A DNA stretch of 64,000 bases from a virus. Taxonomy: Duplodnaviria > Caudoviricetes. Below, one piece after another: positions 48,701-56,816 of the stretch. The notes beneath the pieces are model-generated. The model searched no databases, was not told where the DNA came from, and saw nothing but the letters and a program-made list of their open reading frames with translations. The stretch lies in the IMG/VR virus record IMGVR_UViG_3300027776_000009; one strand, 5' to 3'. The position numbers and the translations under genes are program-made. Within the stretch, counting starts at the first letter, position 1, and the number at the start of each line of letters is the position of its first letter.

Positions 48701-48760
48701 ACCCCTCCAGCACCCGCCGCACCTTCTGGTAAACCTCCGGTGTCAATGTTGAAAGTGTAA
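42740..48760 (+). CDS. Tape measure/tail-associated lysin (phiKZ gp181-like) with C-terminal GH19 domain
   Basis: 2006 aa; KNTALPE.VK; helical K/A/G-rich body; GH19 motifs HTESGGF..VSENLNY, GDGWKYRGRGPLQLTGKSNY, TKAINGG. Confidence 0.88.
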   Translation: MANRDDIDLGDLPFDDFGDEGEGGFGGGPQNNKKRKPVEQLVGTLKTGLKANLSSPSFYGKLLKRALPKEYQTLLEAADTTADNLKELYNIAADEAKPIKDELKRGARIALPGAEKVLPKKLTEKLKKLVEKESSSWSGSYDAEGNEISAGLSGIFVAYQEAQQKKAEETRSEERVQNIAQNKLQQGQLSLLLGISNSINRMVSYQDQVTMAYQKKTLELQYKHYFATRKLVDLNQQQLGLHKSSYELIIKNTALPEAVKIQNSELMGQIMKERFLSRVSEPFSQFTANLLPKVMKTASGQIKGFAASLGTSLSQMIGGLEMAANMNNDPDVRQENTNEGIGELLRFALRGQTKKLQEFLKANPKIAKMGIKGTRMIRNAPDTVVGALRDPKRLEGTGKEVEKKMVEMRKQLYGLFGRQPPGQEIDPVTGEPTGLGSGKTGDAIDKMIEKIFKSVASDLGVPVRDSKVRKGNSDQMDKAAYWTFQADRTLVEVIPGWLGKIHQELAITRTGKADTPEMVYNHRTGKFVTVSDAGKAAVGNVFTKKDKEKIDKNMESVLEQIDPDKKLKAPARKALARYLLDRANNFQDMDLGTLAAGAERGYPEVLKRYRKEISKFLQKRFEYTPEGKEGESSAQAQTDLMHTEGRFERLREELPDFRQRMAGEAFQSNIRILEEQGLVVYDAETGTYNVNWNKAYDEIDGGLPKPGRRRTNPVPANPPPASRALGGPVRRSYAKGSNGPIRGPGTSTSDSIPVNVSDGETVVNTPGSRIPGAAALLRFLNTMGNKVRGVDSPGVGYGGNSSTSPDQAQQLQDAIDRLTEQNAEMSQTMASLLEVVQQIPNVPLQTVNVGEGLDPEDIIGGLSLSERISIKGVRGIRKAGSGLLKGGKKLMKWGSGRVRKGVTGAFGLIGSASTAAQTLGKKALSMAGFGLKKLQDVWIVGEEQPVLAAKDIRKGRYVDMLTKKVIEIPTDITGPVMDLETEELVITQADFDKGIYGKRSKKLLKRVLGAIGGLASLARKPFQALSKVLTKGKKLIGNVLRYGEIPHDIYVAGEEEPRIIARVMRQGGYRLKSTGKVVTKISQLTGAIIDEDNNTVLTVEDMKKGLVDSKGRPIKGLMSRIASGVAKVAAIPIQFGKAALKAAGTGADMLKKMLGGGLGMLKGLFSGAGVSLFGSTKPIVSKLDAIYNVLNDRLPASKKKSKSNDSDGDGLRDGSWQEQEQAREKAKKEGRFGKLLDALKSGKDKVKEKGASIFDSLKNMLPLLIGGVTTLFTKISGTVKLITSFLGKGSIKALMKTASVVKTGAKLLNSGVGKALTWGARALPFLASAGSAIATGAVAVLTSPVTLTVAAAAAVAYGGYKLYKYYNQPNTPIAKFRMAQYGFNSDDEKRVPKIIELEQALLKVVQVSASGPATLGKGVTMQTLLQIFGVNEKEPKQVEKWISWFTGRFKPVFLSHVTVYYNMTKKKDITQADKTLSTAQKLEYLPKINFPYSGSSPYLYMMSPFGDEDKVPLDDDDDVSDAYDSAISLIKRNAKANDEALASQKGGKGATGKVEKDTGGVWDSTKKAFGTAYDATKNALGTAASGFAAGGRMLMKGYNAAVDVTSTAIGDAAAANKAAGGGVGGAASAALAFGKSVSGQVASAVAKVDSNALYQNVLKYAKMAGVTTPAGLAMYLGQMHTESGGFKVVSENLNYKVDTLMKLFSRAKTAGRPAVEQVVKGGPPAIAEFLYGGRMGNDQPGDGWKYRGRGPLQLTGKSNYSMASKALGIDLVSNPDLVTDPDIGAKTAAWYFSTRVNANALNSGDLTKVTKAINGGTIGLDHRGEAYKAFLAKVNAGTLDSISNAPAKAGTAAKADEKAPPPPGGAAAVKTLAQSAKAPGTPTTTPTATPASSATPVATTVGSAAAKSPTSLPAPTTSPGTAQVAQAKQSEQQRGTASSGAVNMDAVANIMRDQLNVQKSMDAKLGNIDATLLRIEKSGPGGKAAGGTPPAPAAPSGKPPVSMLKV

Positions 48761-48860
48761 CGGCATAAGCACTCTCCCTCCTAGGGAAACCTAGGAGGGA
48801 GTTATGCTGTTGGGTTTAGGACAAAAAAGAAGGGTGTTAACTCACCCTTCTTTTTTGTCC
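48761..48860. terminator. Paired terminators between convergent units
   Basis: CGGCATA...CTCCCTCCTAGG-GAAA-CCTAGGAGGGAG-TTATGCTG; GGACAAAAAAAGAAGGGTG/CACCCTTCTTTTTTGTCC. Confidence 0.8.
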
Positions 48861-49052
48861 TCAATTGAGGACAATGTGCACACCGTGGGACAGAACCCAC
48901 ACGGTGAGGACACTGGCCGCCGCACAGGCGACCATGAAAAGAGCGGCGCGGAAGCGCCCTTGATCCGGCTTAATTAATTGATCCATCAGCCATACAAGAA
49001 CCGGCCCGCACATAATAGCAAGGCCCATAACAACTGGAAATGAATTTGGCAC
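48861..49052 (-). CDS. Small two-TM membrane protein (presumptive early gene)
   Basis: Two hydrophobic helices; GTG start with AGGAGG SD in a hairpin. Confidence 0.65.
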   Translation of the reverse strand: MPNSFPVVMGLAIMCGPVLVWLMDQLIKPDQGRFRAALFMVACAAASVLTVWVLSHGVHIVLN

Positions 49053-49199
49053 GATAAGTCCTCCTACGGACTGTGGGGTATAAGGGGTGCAAGTATCTCG
49101 TTCGCGTGATTGGCTCTCAGTCGTTAGCTGAGTAACTGGTCACAGACCCTCTGTCGTTAGCAGATGAGTCCTAGCGATTGATAACACTTTGTCCTTATT

Positions 49200-49213
49200 G
49201 TAGTATGTATCTG
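49200..49213 (-). promoter_or_regulatory. Putative early promoter CAGATACATACTAC
   Basis: Variant of the repeated 14-mer. Confidence 0.65.
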
Positions 49214-49264
49214 AAAAAAAGTGGATTCAGGCAAAAAGAAAAGGGAGCCCGAAGGCTCCCGTGA

Positions 49265-49624
49265 TTAGTCGAGACCAAGATGCTTCTTGATCTCGGTAAA
49301 CCGCTTGCGCATCCATCGTGGGGCAGTCCCTTTAAGGACCTGTTCCATGACAATCGGCAGGGGAAAGTAGTGGACGTTTGGTGCGGCTCCTGTCCGCACT
49401 AAAGCGTAATAGGAGTGCATGAAACGTGTGGGTGGGGTTTCAGATTCAATAGCTTGTTTAATCTCCTCAAGACACACGTCATGAGGATCCCCATAATGCA
49501 GTGTAGCAGTACTCAGGTCGTCCTCGTACTGAGGAGCACCCGCTGCAAACAGGGGTCCGCTGCCGGAGTGGGTGACGGTGAAGGCGGTTTCACCTTCGGT
49601 ATACGTAGTTGTGAAAGTTGTCAT
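49265..49624 (-). CDS. Hypothetical protein (presumptive early gene, monocistronic)
   Basis: Promoter motif 49683, hairpin SD, terminator GGGAGCC-CGAA-GGCTCCC at about 49243-49260. Confidence 0.75.
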   Translation of the reverse strand: MTTFTTTYTEGETAFTVTHSGSGPLFAAGAPQYEDDLSTATLHYGDPHDVCLEEIKQAIESETPPTRFMHSYYALVRTGAAPNVHYFPLPIVMEQVLKGTAPRWMRKRFTEIKKHLGLD

Positions 49625-49682
49625 AGCGATGTCCTCCTACGGACTTGGTTTAGGCGTCGGATGATTCCGACTCTCTACTTAA

Positions 49683-49696
49683 GTGATATGTATCTG
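49683..49696 (-). promoter_or_regulatory. Putative early promoter CAGATACATATCAC
   Basis: Exact repeat of 7185 and 26292. Confidence 0.7.
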
Positions 49697-49758
49697 AAAG
49701 AAATTGGACTTTACGGCGTCATTTATGAATCCAGAACAAGACATTCGGAGAGAAGACC

Positions 49759-51981
49759 ATGTCTGCTGATCCCGTAAAAGACGCTATTGGATTAAAACCC
49801 GATAGCGAGTGGGTACTGAGTACCTTCATGTTATCCACCGCTCACCTCCCGGCTAAGGTTCAGGAATGGCGGCTGCATACTCGTGCCAAACAAAAGTTCA
49901 CCGACACTCGTCTGGGGGGTAACTTTGCGATTAACCCACTCCCCAGTTATACCGAGAGTTGCGATATCAAGTCCAAAGGCTTGGATGGACGTGTCAGTAA
50001 TTCAGGTCGTACCTATCTGGGTATGGGTGACTTCTATTCTGAGCAGATTGATGACAACCAGCAATTGATCATGATGTCGTTCGGCGTCCCTGAATACAAC
50101 GGCATGATCAGTTTCTTTACAGGCTTCTTCAACAACGACGCAGCGCTCCTAGCCAATGAAGGTCGTGGATCTGTAAGTTACTATATTGGCCGTGCCGCTG
50201 GGTTCGTAATCTCCATGTCCGTGGTGATGGCTTTTCCCGTGTTATTGGGGTTCTGGGTAGCAAGACTGTTGCTATTCCGACCCAGTAGTAGCTACTACCG
50301 TTTCAAGGAAACCATGCCGCTCTTCTGGAACCGTTGCAACTTCATTGCTAACCAGATCGGTGTCAATATGGGGATCGTTCCCCGTATCTACAATTCAAAG
50401 ACTGGGGACAGTATCGAAGACACCAAACTGGACCAGAACGAGAAGTACATTGACTACGCTCACCGTAATGGCGATCCTGACATCTATCGCAAAGGCGGCG
50501 GGATCGATATCTACGCCGTTGCCACCCGCGCACAGCGTATGTCCAATGTTCGATATTCGGAACTGATTGCTCTGGAAGGTAAGGACAATGATCCGACTTC
50601 GATGGCGCAGGCTATGAAAACGTGGATGTATAAGCGAATCATGGACCCCTGGCCGGAGCAACGCATTGAAGACTATCTGGACGCGTATCACAGGAGTGCT
50701 TTGGGGGATAAAACCAACCTGCGCGATAACCCCATCGCTGCCAAAATCAACACGGATGTTTCAGAACTTCAGGCAGCAGAAACCCCCCCGGGGTCGGAAG
50801 CCCCCGCGGCTGAACAAACCCCCAATTACGGAGCCACTCCCTTACGCGATCGCTATATCCCTAACACCACCGGTGACGGGGAAGAGAAATCGCAAGAAGG
50901 CTATGGGCGTAAACCCGGTATGTTGGACTATTACAAAGCTCAGCAGCAAGATGGTTCACGATGGATTGGATACCGGGTCAATTACGAACCCAACATCGAA
51001 GAGAGCTTCTCCAATAGCACAGACACTCCGCAGATTGCGAATACCTTCAACGGTGCGTCAGGCGGCGCACGGGAGCTTAACTTCACACTGAGTGGAGGTC
51101 AAACCGGTCTAGGGATTGTAGACAGCGCGGTGACGGCTGTGAAGGACATGTTCAAGGGAGCTGTGGATTCTGTTGGAATGTCCGGACTCATGGCACTGGC
51201 AGGGGGTGGATTTGTAGACATCCCTAAACACTGGTCCAGTTCCTCGTCCAGTTTCCCGTCAGCCAGCTTTACGATCGAGTTACGGAGTTGGGCAGGTAAT
51301 AAGCAAGCTCGTTTCCAAAACATCATGATCCCATTGGCGACGCTTTTAGCGGCAGCCCTTCCAATATCCACAGGTCGACATTCCTACACTTCCCCGTTCC
51401 TGTGTCAACTGTTCTCACGCGGCCGCCAGCAAATCAAGCTCGGCATGATTACCTCCCTTCGTATCACACGAGGTACCGGAGAAATGGGATGGTCTCGTAA
51501 TAACGAAGTACTGGGCATTGACGTGACCTTCGAAGTTTCCGATATGTCCTCCATCATGCATGTCCCCATCGATAACGGCAGCCCCGGTCTTAAAGCTGCT
51601 GCTCAGGTTGTGGGCGGTGTTGGTGGAGCGATAGCGGGCGGTGCTGTGGCGGGTCCCTATGGTGCCGTGTTAGCAGGCGCCGCTGGAGCACAAGGGGCAG
51701 GGTTTGTAGCCGAGGGGGTCTCTAAAGTTATCGATGGAATCTTTACGGATGAAAACCCTTTCATGGATTACATGGCAGTTTTGGGAAATCTATCTACGGC
51801 TGACCAGATCTATCGCTCACGGAAACTCTTCTTGAATCTCACGCGGGCATACCAAGCCTTCGATACTCACTTCACGAAAGCTCACTTCGCCTCGTCGTTA
51901 GATGAGGGAGGTCCCTCACGCATCGTGGGTCATGCTTTTGGTATCTTTACTCGCAACAACAACTCGTTGGTGGTTAACTAA
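49759..51981 (+). CDS. Tail tip/baseplate hub protein (phiKZ gp182-like)
   Basis: FTDTRLGGNFAINP, FGVPEYN, ESFSNST, SYTSPFLC; follows the tape measure gene. Confidence 0.75.
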   Translation: MSADPVKDAIGLKPDSEWVLSTFMLSTAHLPAKVQEWRLHTRAKQKFTDTRLGGNFAINPLPSYTESCDIKSKGLDGRVSNSGRTYLGMGDFYSEQIDDNQQLIMMSFGVPEYNGMISFFTGFFNNDAALLANEGRGSVSYYIGRAAGFVISMSVVMAFPVLLGFWVARLLLFRPSSSYYRFKETMPLFWNRCNFIANQIGVNMGIVPRIYNSKTGDSIEDTKLDQNEKYIDYAHRNGDPDIYRKGGGIDIYAVATRAQRMSNVRYSELIALEGKDNDPTSMAQAMKTWMYKRIMDPWPEQRIEDYLDAYHRSALGDKTNLRDNPIAAKINTDVSELQAAETPPGSEAPAAEQTPNYGATPLRDRYIPNTTGDGEEKSQEGYGRKPGMLDYYKAQQQDGSRWIGYRVNYEPNIEESFSNSTDTPQIANTFNGASGGARELNFTLSGGQTGLGIVDSAVTAVKDMFKGAVDSVGMSGLMALAGGGFVDIPKHWSSSSSSFPSASFTIELRSWAGNKQARFQNIMIPLATLLAAALPISTGRHSYTSPFLCQLFSRGRQQIKLGMITSLRITRGTGEMGWSRNNEVLGIDVTFEVSDMSSIMHVPIDNGSPGLKAAAQVVGGVGGAIAGGAVAGPYGAVLAGAAGAQGAGFVAEGVSKVIDGIFTDENPFMDYMAVLGNLSTADQIYRSRKLFLNLTRAYQAFDTHFTKAHFASSLDEGGPSRIVGHAFGIFTRNNNSLVVN

Positions 51982-52028
51982 ACGCATAGACGTCCGGGGA
52001 GCAATCCCCGGACCTATGTCGTTGATGT

Positions 52029-53111
52029 TCAGCCAATGGCCGCGTGGGGATAAAACCCCTTTAGTAACTCCAGCACTGGACGCTTGGGAAACAATGGGGC
52101 GTAATGAATCAATACAGCGTGAATCGGATTCAGCGTCAGCACACGTTTCCCATCGCTGGACACTTGCTGATATACTTCCAAATCAGGAAACCAATCCCCA
52201 TTCCTCAACCCTTGATTCCAGTGCGTACTGATGCGAACTACCAAGTTGATCAATGCGTTGTACTCAACCATGGTGGGTTTAGAAACCCCGGTAGGTAGGC
52301 GGTAATTAGCCAACAAGAGTGCTATAATGTTCGGAACCTCGTGGAGAATAGCGCCAGCCGTCACCCCACCGTCCATGACCTTCGTCAGCCCAGCTACATC
52401 GCCGTGTTCAGCCAATTGTCTGGCCATGGACAAAAGAAACCGTTTCTTTTCCTCGGCCCCATCAATCTTAGCCACAATGGAGTCATAGAGTTCGGGTAGT
52501 CTCAGCTCGGACAACTTAGCCATAGCTGTTCCCAGCATTGCAAACTCATCCCCCAAATGAGTGATGTTGGCGACTTCACTATTCCCAGTGACCGTTTTCA
52601 GAAGCTCTAACGCCCCCGCTGCGGTTGTTGGATTCCCTTTGGATTTGATTTCTCCGGCAACCCCGTAGAGCACTTTGAACTTAGGGTTTTCATCCAACAG
52701 CGCTTTAGCGGGATCAACCGCACCCGGTAACCCAAGACCTCCCTTGATGATATCGGCATGCTTATCACTGAAGCCTACGGACTTTAGCAAATCCGTAACG
52801 ATGGGGTCCTTCAGGGTTGATAGTGACTGAAGCTTTGCTAAAGCCCCCGAGGTGGCGTCGTTGATTTTCTTGAGGGCTTCATCCTTGGTTAGTTCACCGG
52901 ACTGTAGCTTCTTAGCCAATGACAGTACATTGGCTTCATCCAACGTGGTGCTTACACCACCCTGTACTTGAGCAATGGCGTCTTTGACGGTGCTGGTAAT
53001 GGATTCAACAATGGTATTGGTGGGTTTAGCTTCGGTGGCCTTGTAGACATCCACCACAGCAACATCGTCCTTAGGACCCGTGGTAAAGGTCGTGGGTATG
53101 GTTTTTCCCAT
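52029..53111 (-). CDS. Probable virion structural protein
   Basis: F.TGPKDDVAVVDVY start; start reassigned to ATG 53111. Confidence 0.6.
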   Translation of the reverse strand: MGKTIPTTFTTGPKDDVAVVDVYKATEAKPTNTIVESITSTVKDAIAQVQGGVSTTLDEANVLSLAKKLQSGELTKDEALKKINDATSGALAKLQSLSTLKDPIVTDLLKSVGFSDKHADIIKGGLGLPGAVDPAKALLDENPKFKVLYGVAGEIKSKGNPTTAAGALELLKTVTGNSEVANITHLGDEFAMLGTAMAKLSELRLPELYDSIVAKIDGAEEKKRFLLSMARQLAEHGDVAGLTKVMDGGVTAGAILHEVPNIIALLLANYRLPTGVSKPTMVEYNALINLVVRISTHWNQGLRNGDWFPDLEVYQQVSSDGKRVLTLNPIHAVLIHYAPLFPKRPVLELLKGFYPHAAIG

Positions 53112-53168
53112 GGTGGTGCTCCTATAGCGGCACAAAAAAAGAGAGGGGTTATCCCCCTCTCTCCCTCA

Positions 53169-53594
53169 TTAATCGCGTTCCTCGGTTTCTTCTGAGGTCG
53201 CAATAACAGATTCTCCATATTCCTTCAGGTGGGCCATGTCGACGCGGAGACTGTGTACGGTCTCCAGGTTATTTCTCCACCCGAGGTGTACTTCGAAGCG
53301 CACGTGTTTCGGTGTCATGATACGCAGGAACTTGAGGAACTTCTTCCACGTCATATCCGGTGCAGCAAGGTCTTTCATGATATTCCCTCGCTCACTGGAG
53401 CGCGCTTTGTTATCCGCGGGCACTCCGTTCACCGGATTATTGATATACTGCTGAATGCGGTCATTCATCAGCGACTCGGTAACCCCCAGATCGCGACAGA
53501 TGACACTAAACAGTTTCCCCAGTACGCCCGTTGCATCACGAAACCCTTTATCGGGCTTCTCCAGCTTCTCTCCCAAACTGTTTGCTTTACTCAT
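53169..53594 (-). CDS. Conserved jumbo-phage hypothetical protein
   Basis: SSERGNI.K.L..PDMTWKKF motif; ATGA coupling. Confidence 0.65.
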   Translation of the reverse strand: MSKANSLGEKLEKPDKGFRDATGVLGKLFSVICRDLGVTESLMNDRIQQYINNPVNGVPADNKARSSERGNIMKDLAAPDMTWKKFLKFLRIMTPKHVRFEVHLGWRNNLETVHSLRVDMAHLKEYGESVIATSEETEERD

Positions 53595-54145
53595 TCGCGT
53601 GCTGTTGCGTTCAGCAACCCTCTCAGTAAGTAGAGAAGGTCCTGATGGACAATCGCAAGCTTACGCTGGTAGTACCGCCCATATCTCCCTCCCCCGTAGA
53701 CGATTAAGGCGTTATTCAACTGTTGTAATCTATCCTGAAGAACCAATAAGAATTCCACAGGATCGACACGCCCCCCCATGTTGGACACCAGATAGGTATC
53801 CAGGTTCACCCGATGGACGTTAGCCAACTCGGCCAACATAGTATTTGGTACGTACTTCTGCGACTCCCCATCGCTCACCACCCCCTCTCTCACGAGATCA
53901 ATGAATGCATCCAACCACGCAATCAATTTCACCGCTGACGCCGACCGAAGATCCATTTCAATCTCTCTCAGGCGTCGATCACCCGCGTACATCCGTAACA
54001 GATGCGGACTAACACAGAGCGAGAACCCATGTAGCCATGCAATCGCATCGGCGCCCTCTTGGTAATCCGGGAGCTTAGTGAGTCGACGGTTTTGCCAAAA
54101 GGTGTACCAGACCCCAACCCAGTGTCTCACCCACCTTGAGATCAT
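53591..54145 (-). CDS. Hypothetical protein
   Basis: GAGGAG SD; promoter motif at 54175. Confidence 0.65.
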   Translation of the reverse strand: MISRWVRHWVGVWYTFWQNRRLTKLPDYQEGADAIAWLHGFSLCVSPHLLRMYAGDRRLREIEMDLRSASAVKLIAWLDAFIDLVREGVVSDGESQKYVPNTMLAELANVHRVNLDTYLVSNMGGRVDPVEFLLVLQDRLQQLNNALIVYGGGRYGRYYQRKLAIVHQDLLYLLRGLLNATARE

Positions 54146-54233
54146 ATCACTCTCCTCAACCGGAATCCCATTAGGTAGTGTGTATGTATATGTCCATGGA
54201 TATTATGACCCCTTCCCACCCGCGAGGTGAACT

Positions 54234-54686
54234 ATGTCGATATCCACAGACGCCCCGCTGAGCGACGAATCCATACTGGACTTTACTCAACGGCTGCGTA
54301 AAAGAGTTGTCAGTAAGCTAACCAACGATGGTGAAAGCTTACCTAATGACCCCAAAGAAGTCATCACGCTGAATACGGTTCTGGACTCCATGGATCGTAC
54401 CGCGCTGGGATCTATTCGATCCAAACGCGAGGCGCAGATTGACGATATGTCCAAACAAGCCGCCGCGTTGGTTCATGAGGTTCTGAAGAAAGCAGGTAAT
54501 GTCGATCTCTTCGCGGTCGCTGTTACCACGCCGCGCGCAGTACCTGAAATCCCCGATGACATGGCGGAACCAACCATTGTCCCCGGCGAGCTGGATGTCG
54601 GACTACAAACCATGACGGCGGATAGCTTCATGGCAGATTTCGAAGCCAAGAAAGCTGCCCGCAGTGACCAACCTCCCGAAGACTAA
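54234..54686 (+). CDS. Conserved hypothetical protein
   Basis: GAGGT SD; TATG motif upstream; terminator downstream. Confidence 0.7.
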   Translation: MSISTDAPLSDESILDFTQRLRKRVVSKLTNDGESLPNDPKEVITLNTVLDSMDRTALGSIRSKREAQIDDMSKQAAALVHEVLKKAGNVDLFAVAVTTPRAVPEIPDDMAEPTIVPGELDVGLQTMTADSFMADFEAKKAARSDQPPED

Positions 54687-54714
54687 ACTAAGCTCCCAGG
54701 GGATCCCCTGGGGC

Positions 54715-55527
54715 TTATGCCGTGGATTCCGTCATGCTAGTCACAATGGACTTTAGTCGCTCGGGGTCACTGAGACATCCTGTTCGGAAGTCTAATAGAC
54801 AAAAAGCCGACGGCGGGGTGAAGACGATCCCAATCAACTCCGCAAAGTTCCACTTCGTTGCGATAAACGGATCCAGAGAATCCCCGTTCGGCATCTGACG
54901 TTTAGTGGGGTCATCTACTCCGTCTTCCGTGATAAGTAATCCCGGTGTGATGAAACTCGAAGCCGGTACGCACACGGGCTTCTTATCCTTCGGGTAGACT
55001 CGAAAGGTTTCACGTAGCCACGTGTCCAGTGAGTAGGAAATCATCCCCACCCATTTTTCTTTTGCGATGCGTGACGTGGTCATTTCGTGCGGTGCTAAAT
55101 GTACTGAGGTAATAGGAGTGTGTAGCCCGGCACGTGTTAATACGGCTACCTGAAAGGCGTAGGTTTCATCCGCCGTCAGTTGGTAAGGCCATGTGTTAAT
55201 GATTATCTCCGCCCCATCAACCTCGGCATCTCCGGTGATTTCAGCCCGCTCCATCTCCTGAATCAGCATACTCAAGAAAGGGACCATCTCGGTAATAGTG
55301 CTTCGCTTGAGCGTGTTTACATCCCGATTCTCATACGCGATTTGATAAGCCGCGTTGTTGATTCCAGGATGCAACCGAGCAAACTCATCACTGCGTCGAG
55401 TCTGATAGCGGTGGAAGAGTTCAGGATCCGTTACAATCTCTTTGGCAATGTCGGGATACAGACCCGCGATCGTACCTAAGCGGGTATCCAGCAGTGCGTC
55501 GAGCTCCACAACCAAGCGCTGTAACAT
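54715..55527 (-). CDS. Conserved hypothetical protein with a HAD-like N-terminus
   Basis: VVELDALLDTRLGT. Confidence 0.65.
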   Translation of the reverse strand: MLQRLVVELDALLDTRLGTIAGLYPDIAKEIVTDPELFHRYQTRRSDEFARLHPGINNAAYQIAYENRDVNTLKRSTITEMVPFLSMLIQEMERAEITGDAEVDGAEIIINTWPYQLTADETYAFQVAVLTRAGLHTPITSVHLAPHEMTTSRIAKEKWVGMISYSLDTWLRETFRVYPKDKKPVCVPASSFITPGLLITEDGVDDPTKRQMPNGDSLDPFIATKWNFAELIGIVFTPPSAFCLLDFRTGCLSDPERLKSIVTSMTESTA

Positions 55528-55530
55528 GGG

Positions 55531-56103
55531 TTATTCCTCAGTACTGACACCAGTATAGGGAGCCACTGTGCTGATGTGGAGCCATTCTGTGGTCTCAATC
55601 CCAGCTAAATAAATCGCCACCGCCAGCGTCATCCAGGGATTAGCGGAAAAGACAGATCGCCACTGTGCCGGAGTGAGGTGGCGATCTTCAAGGCCTGTCT
55701 CCACATGGAATCGTTCATCGCCTTTGCTGATACTGCCCGGGTACATCGCAGACAGAGACTCCACGAAATCCTCATGCAGCAGTTTAATCAGCTCGGACAA
55801 CTTGCAGTCATGATCGACCCGACCCAGTCGATGGAAGAACTGCGTAGATGCCGACAGATACATCGCCATGAAATCATCATTCTCGGCAATGGTGTCCCAT
55901 ACCTCTTCGATGTCGGACTTGGAAAAGAACGCAGGGTAGAGAAACGATTTTCCCAACGCATCCCACATGTCCACCCACTTCCCTGCTTGTTCCGCTACGG
56001 AAAGTGCTTCTTCTCGATTGGCCACCATCATTCGACCACGGCTTTCAGCCATGACAACCGATACAGAGGCTAGAACCAACCCCTTTAGTGCTTCAGCAAA
56101 CAT
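55531..56103 (-). CDS. Hypothetical protein
   Basis: Packed in operon with GGAG SD. Confidence 0.65.
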   Translation of the reverse strand: MFAEALKGLVLASVSVVMAESRGRMMVANREEALSVAEQAGKWVDMWDALGKSFLYPAFFSKSDIEEVWDTIAENDDFMAMYLSASTQFFHRLGRVDHDCKLSELIKLLHEDFVESLSAMYPGSISKGDERFHVETGLEDRHLTPAQWRSVFSANPWMTLAVAIYLAGIETTEWLHISTVAPYTGVSTEE

Positions 56104-56106
56104 GAT

Positions 56107-56787
56107 TTACTTCTCCGAGAAATTGCTTTCCAGATGCATCGCTCGCAATAAAGTGTCCAAGGTTTCCGTAGCTTTCACTGTGGTCCCCAGTTTATCCACC
56201 TCAGACATTTTGGCGTTACCGGTCGTGTTAATGAGTCGATCAATCTCCCGCATCCCCTTCAGGTCACCACCGCGGTACTTGATAAACTCTTTGATGACAT
56301 CCTCGTGCCCCGTGGAGTACAGCACCATGAGTTCCGGCATGGAGATAGAGCTGGCCTTACTGATAGGACCGGCAACCTGATCGGTCATTTCATCGACGTG
56401 TTTATTATCTTCCGGAACACTGATCTTGTTAATCAGTGTTTGGATTTGACGCCGCACGGGAATATGGAGACAGAGATACTTCTGGTTGGAGCGAGTGATC
56501 TGTCCCGTTTCAGGCTGCTCTGTCCAAATGTAGTGAAAAAAGGAAACCCCCATTTCCTTCGCGACGTCGAAGTTGTTCTCCGTCGTGATGGGGTGTTTGG
56601 TGAGGTTGTCCAAGATAAACGCTACGAAATCACGCCCTTCTTCCAGTGCGGTAATGTACTGGTCAAAGGTCTCGTCAGTCATTTCCTTAAAGAATGTCCG
56701 GTAGATATCACCGGTGCGATTGGAGGGGTCGATTTTATCGACCCATTGAAGACAGACAGCCTCAGCCGCCTTGCGATTACCTGCCAT
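56107..56787 (-). CDS. Virion RNA polymerase beta subunit, C-terminal piece (phiKZ gp149-like)
   Basis: IPVRRQIQ.L..KIS...D.MTDQV.G..SKASSISMPE...E..K.RGGD resembles the RpoB C-terminal region. Confidence 0.82.
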   Translation of the reverse strand: MAGNRKAAEAVCLQWVDKIDPSNRTGDIYRTFFKEMTDETFDQYITALEEGRDFVAFILDNLTKHPITTENNFDVAKEMGVSFFHYIWTEQPETGQITRSNQKYLCLHIPVRRQIQTLINKISVPEDNKHVDEMTDQVAGPISKASSISMPELMVLYSTGHEDVIKEFIKYRGGDLKGMREIDRLINTTGNAKMSEVDKLGTTVKATETLDTLLRAMHLESNFSEK

Positions 56788-56816
56788 GAGTTATCCCCAT
56801 ACGCGGTGCGACGTGG

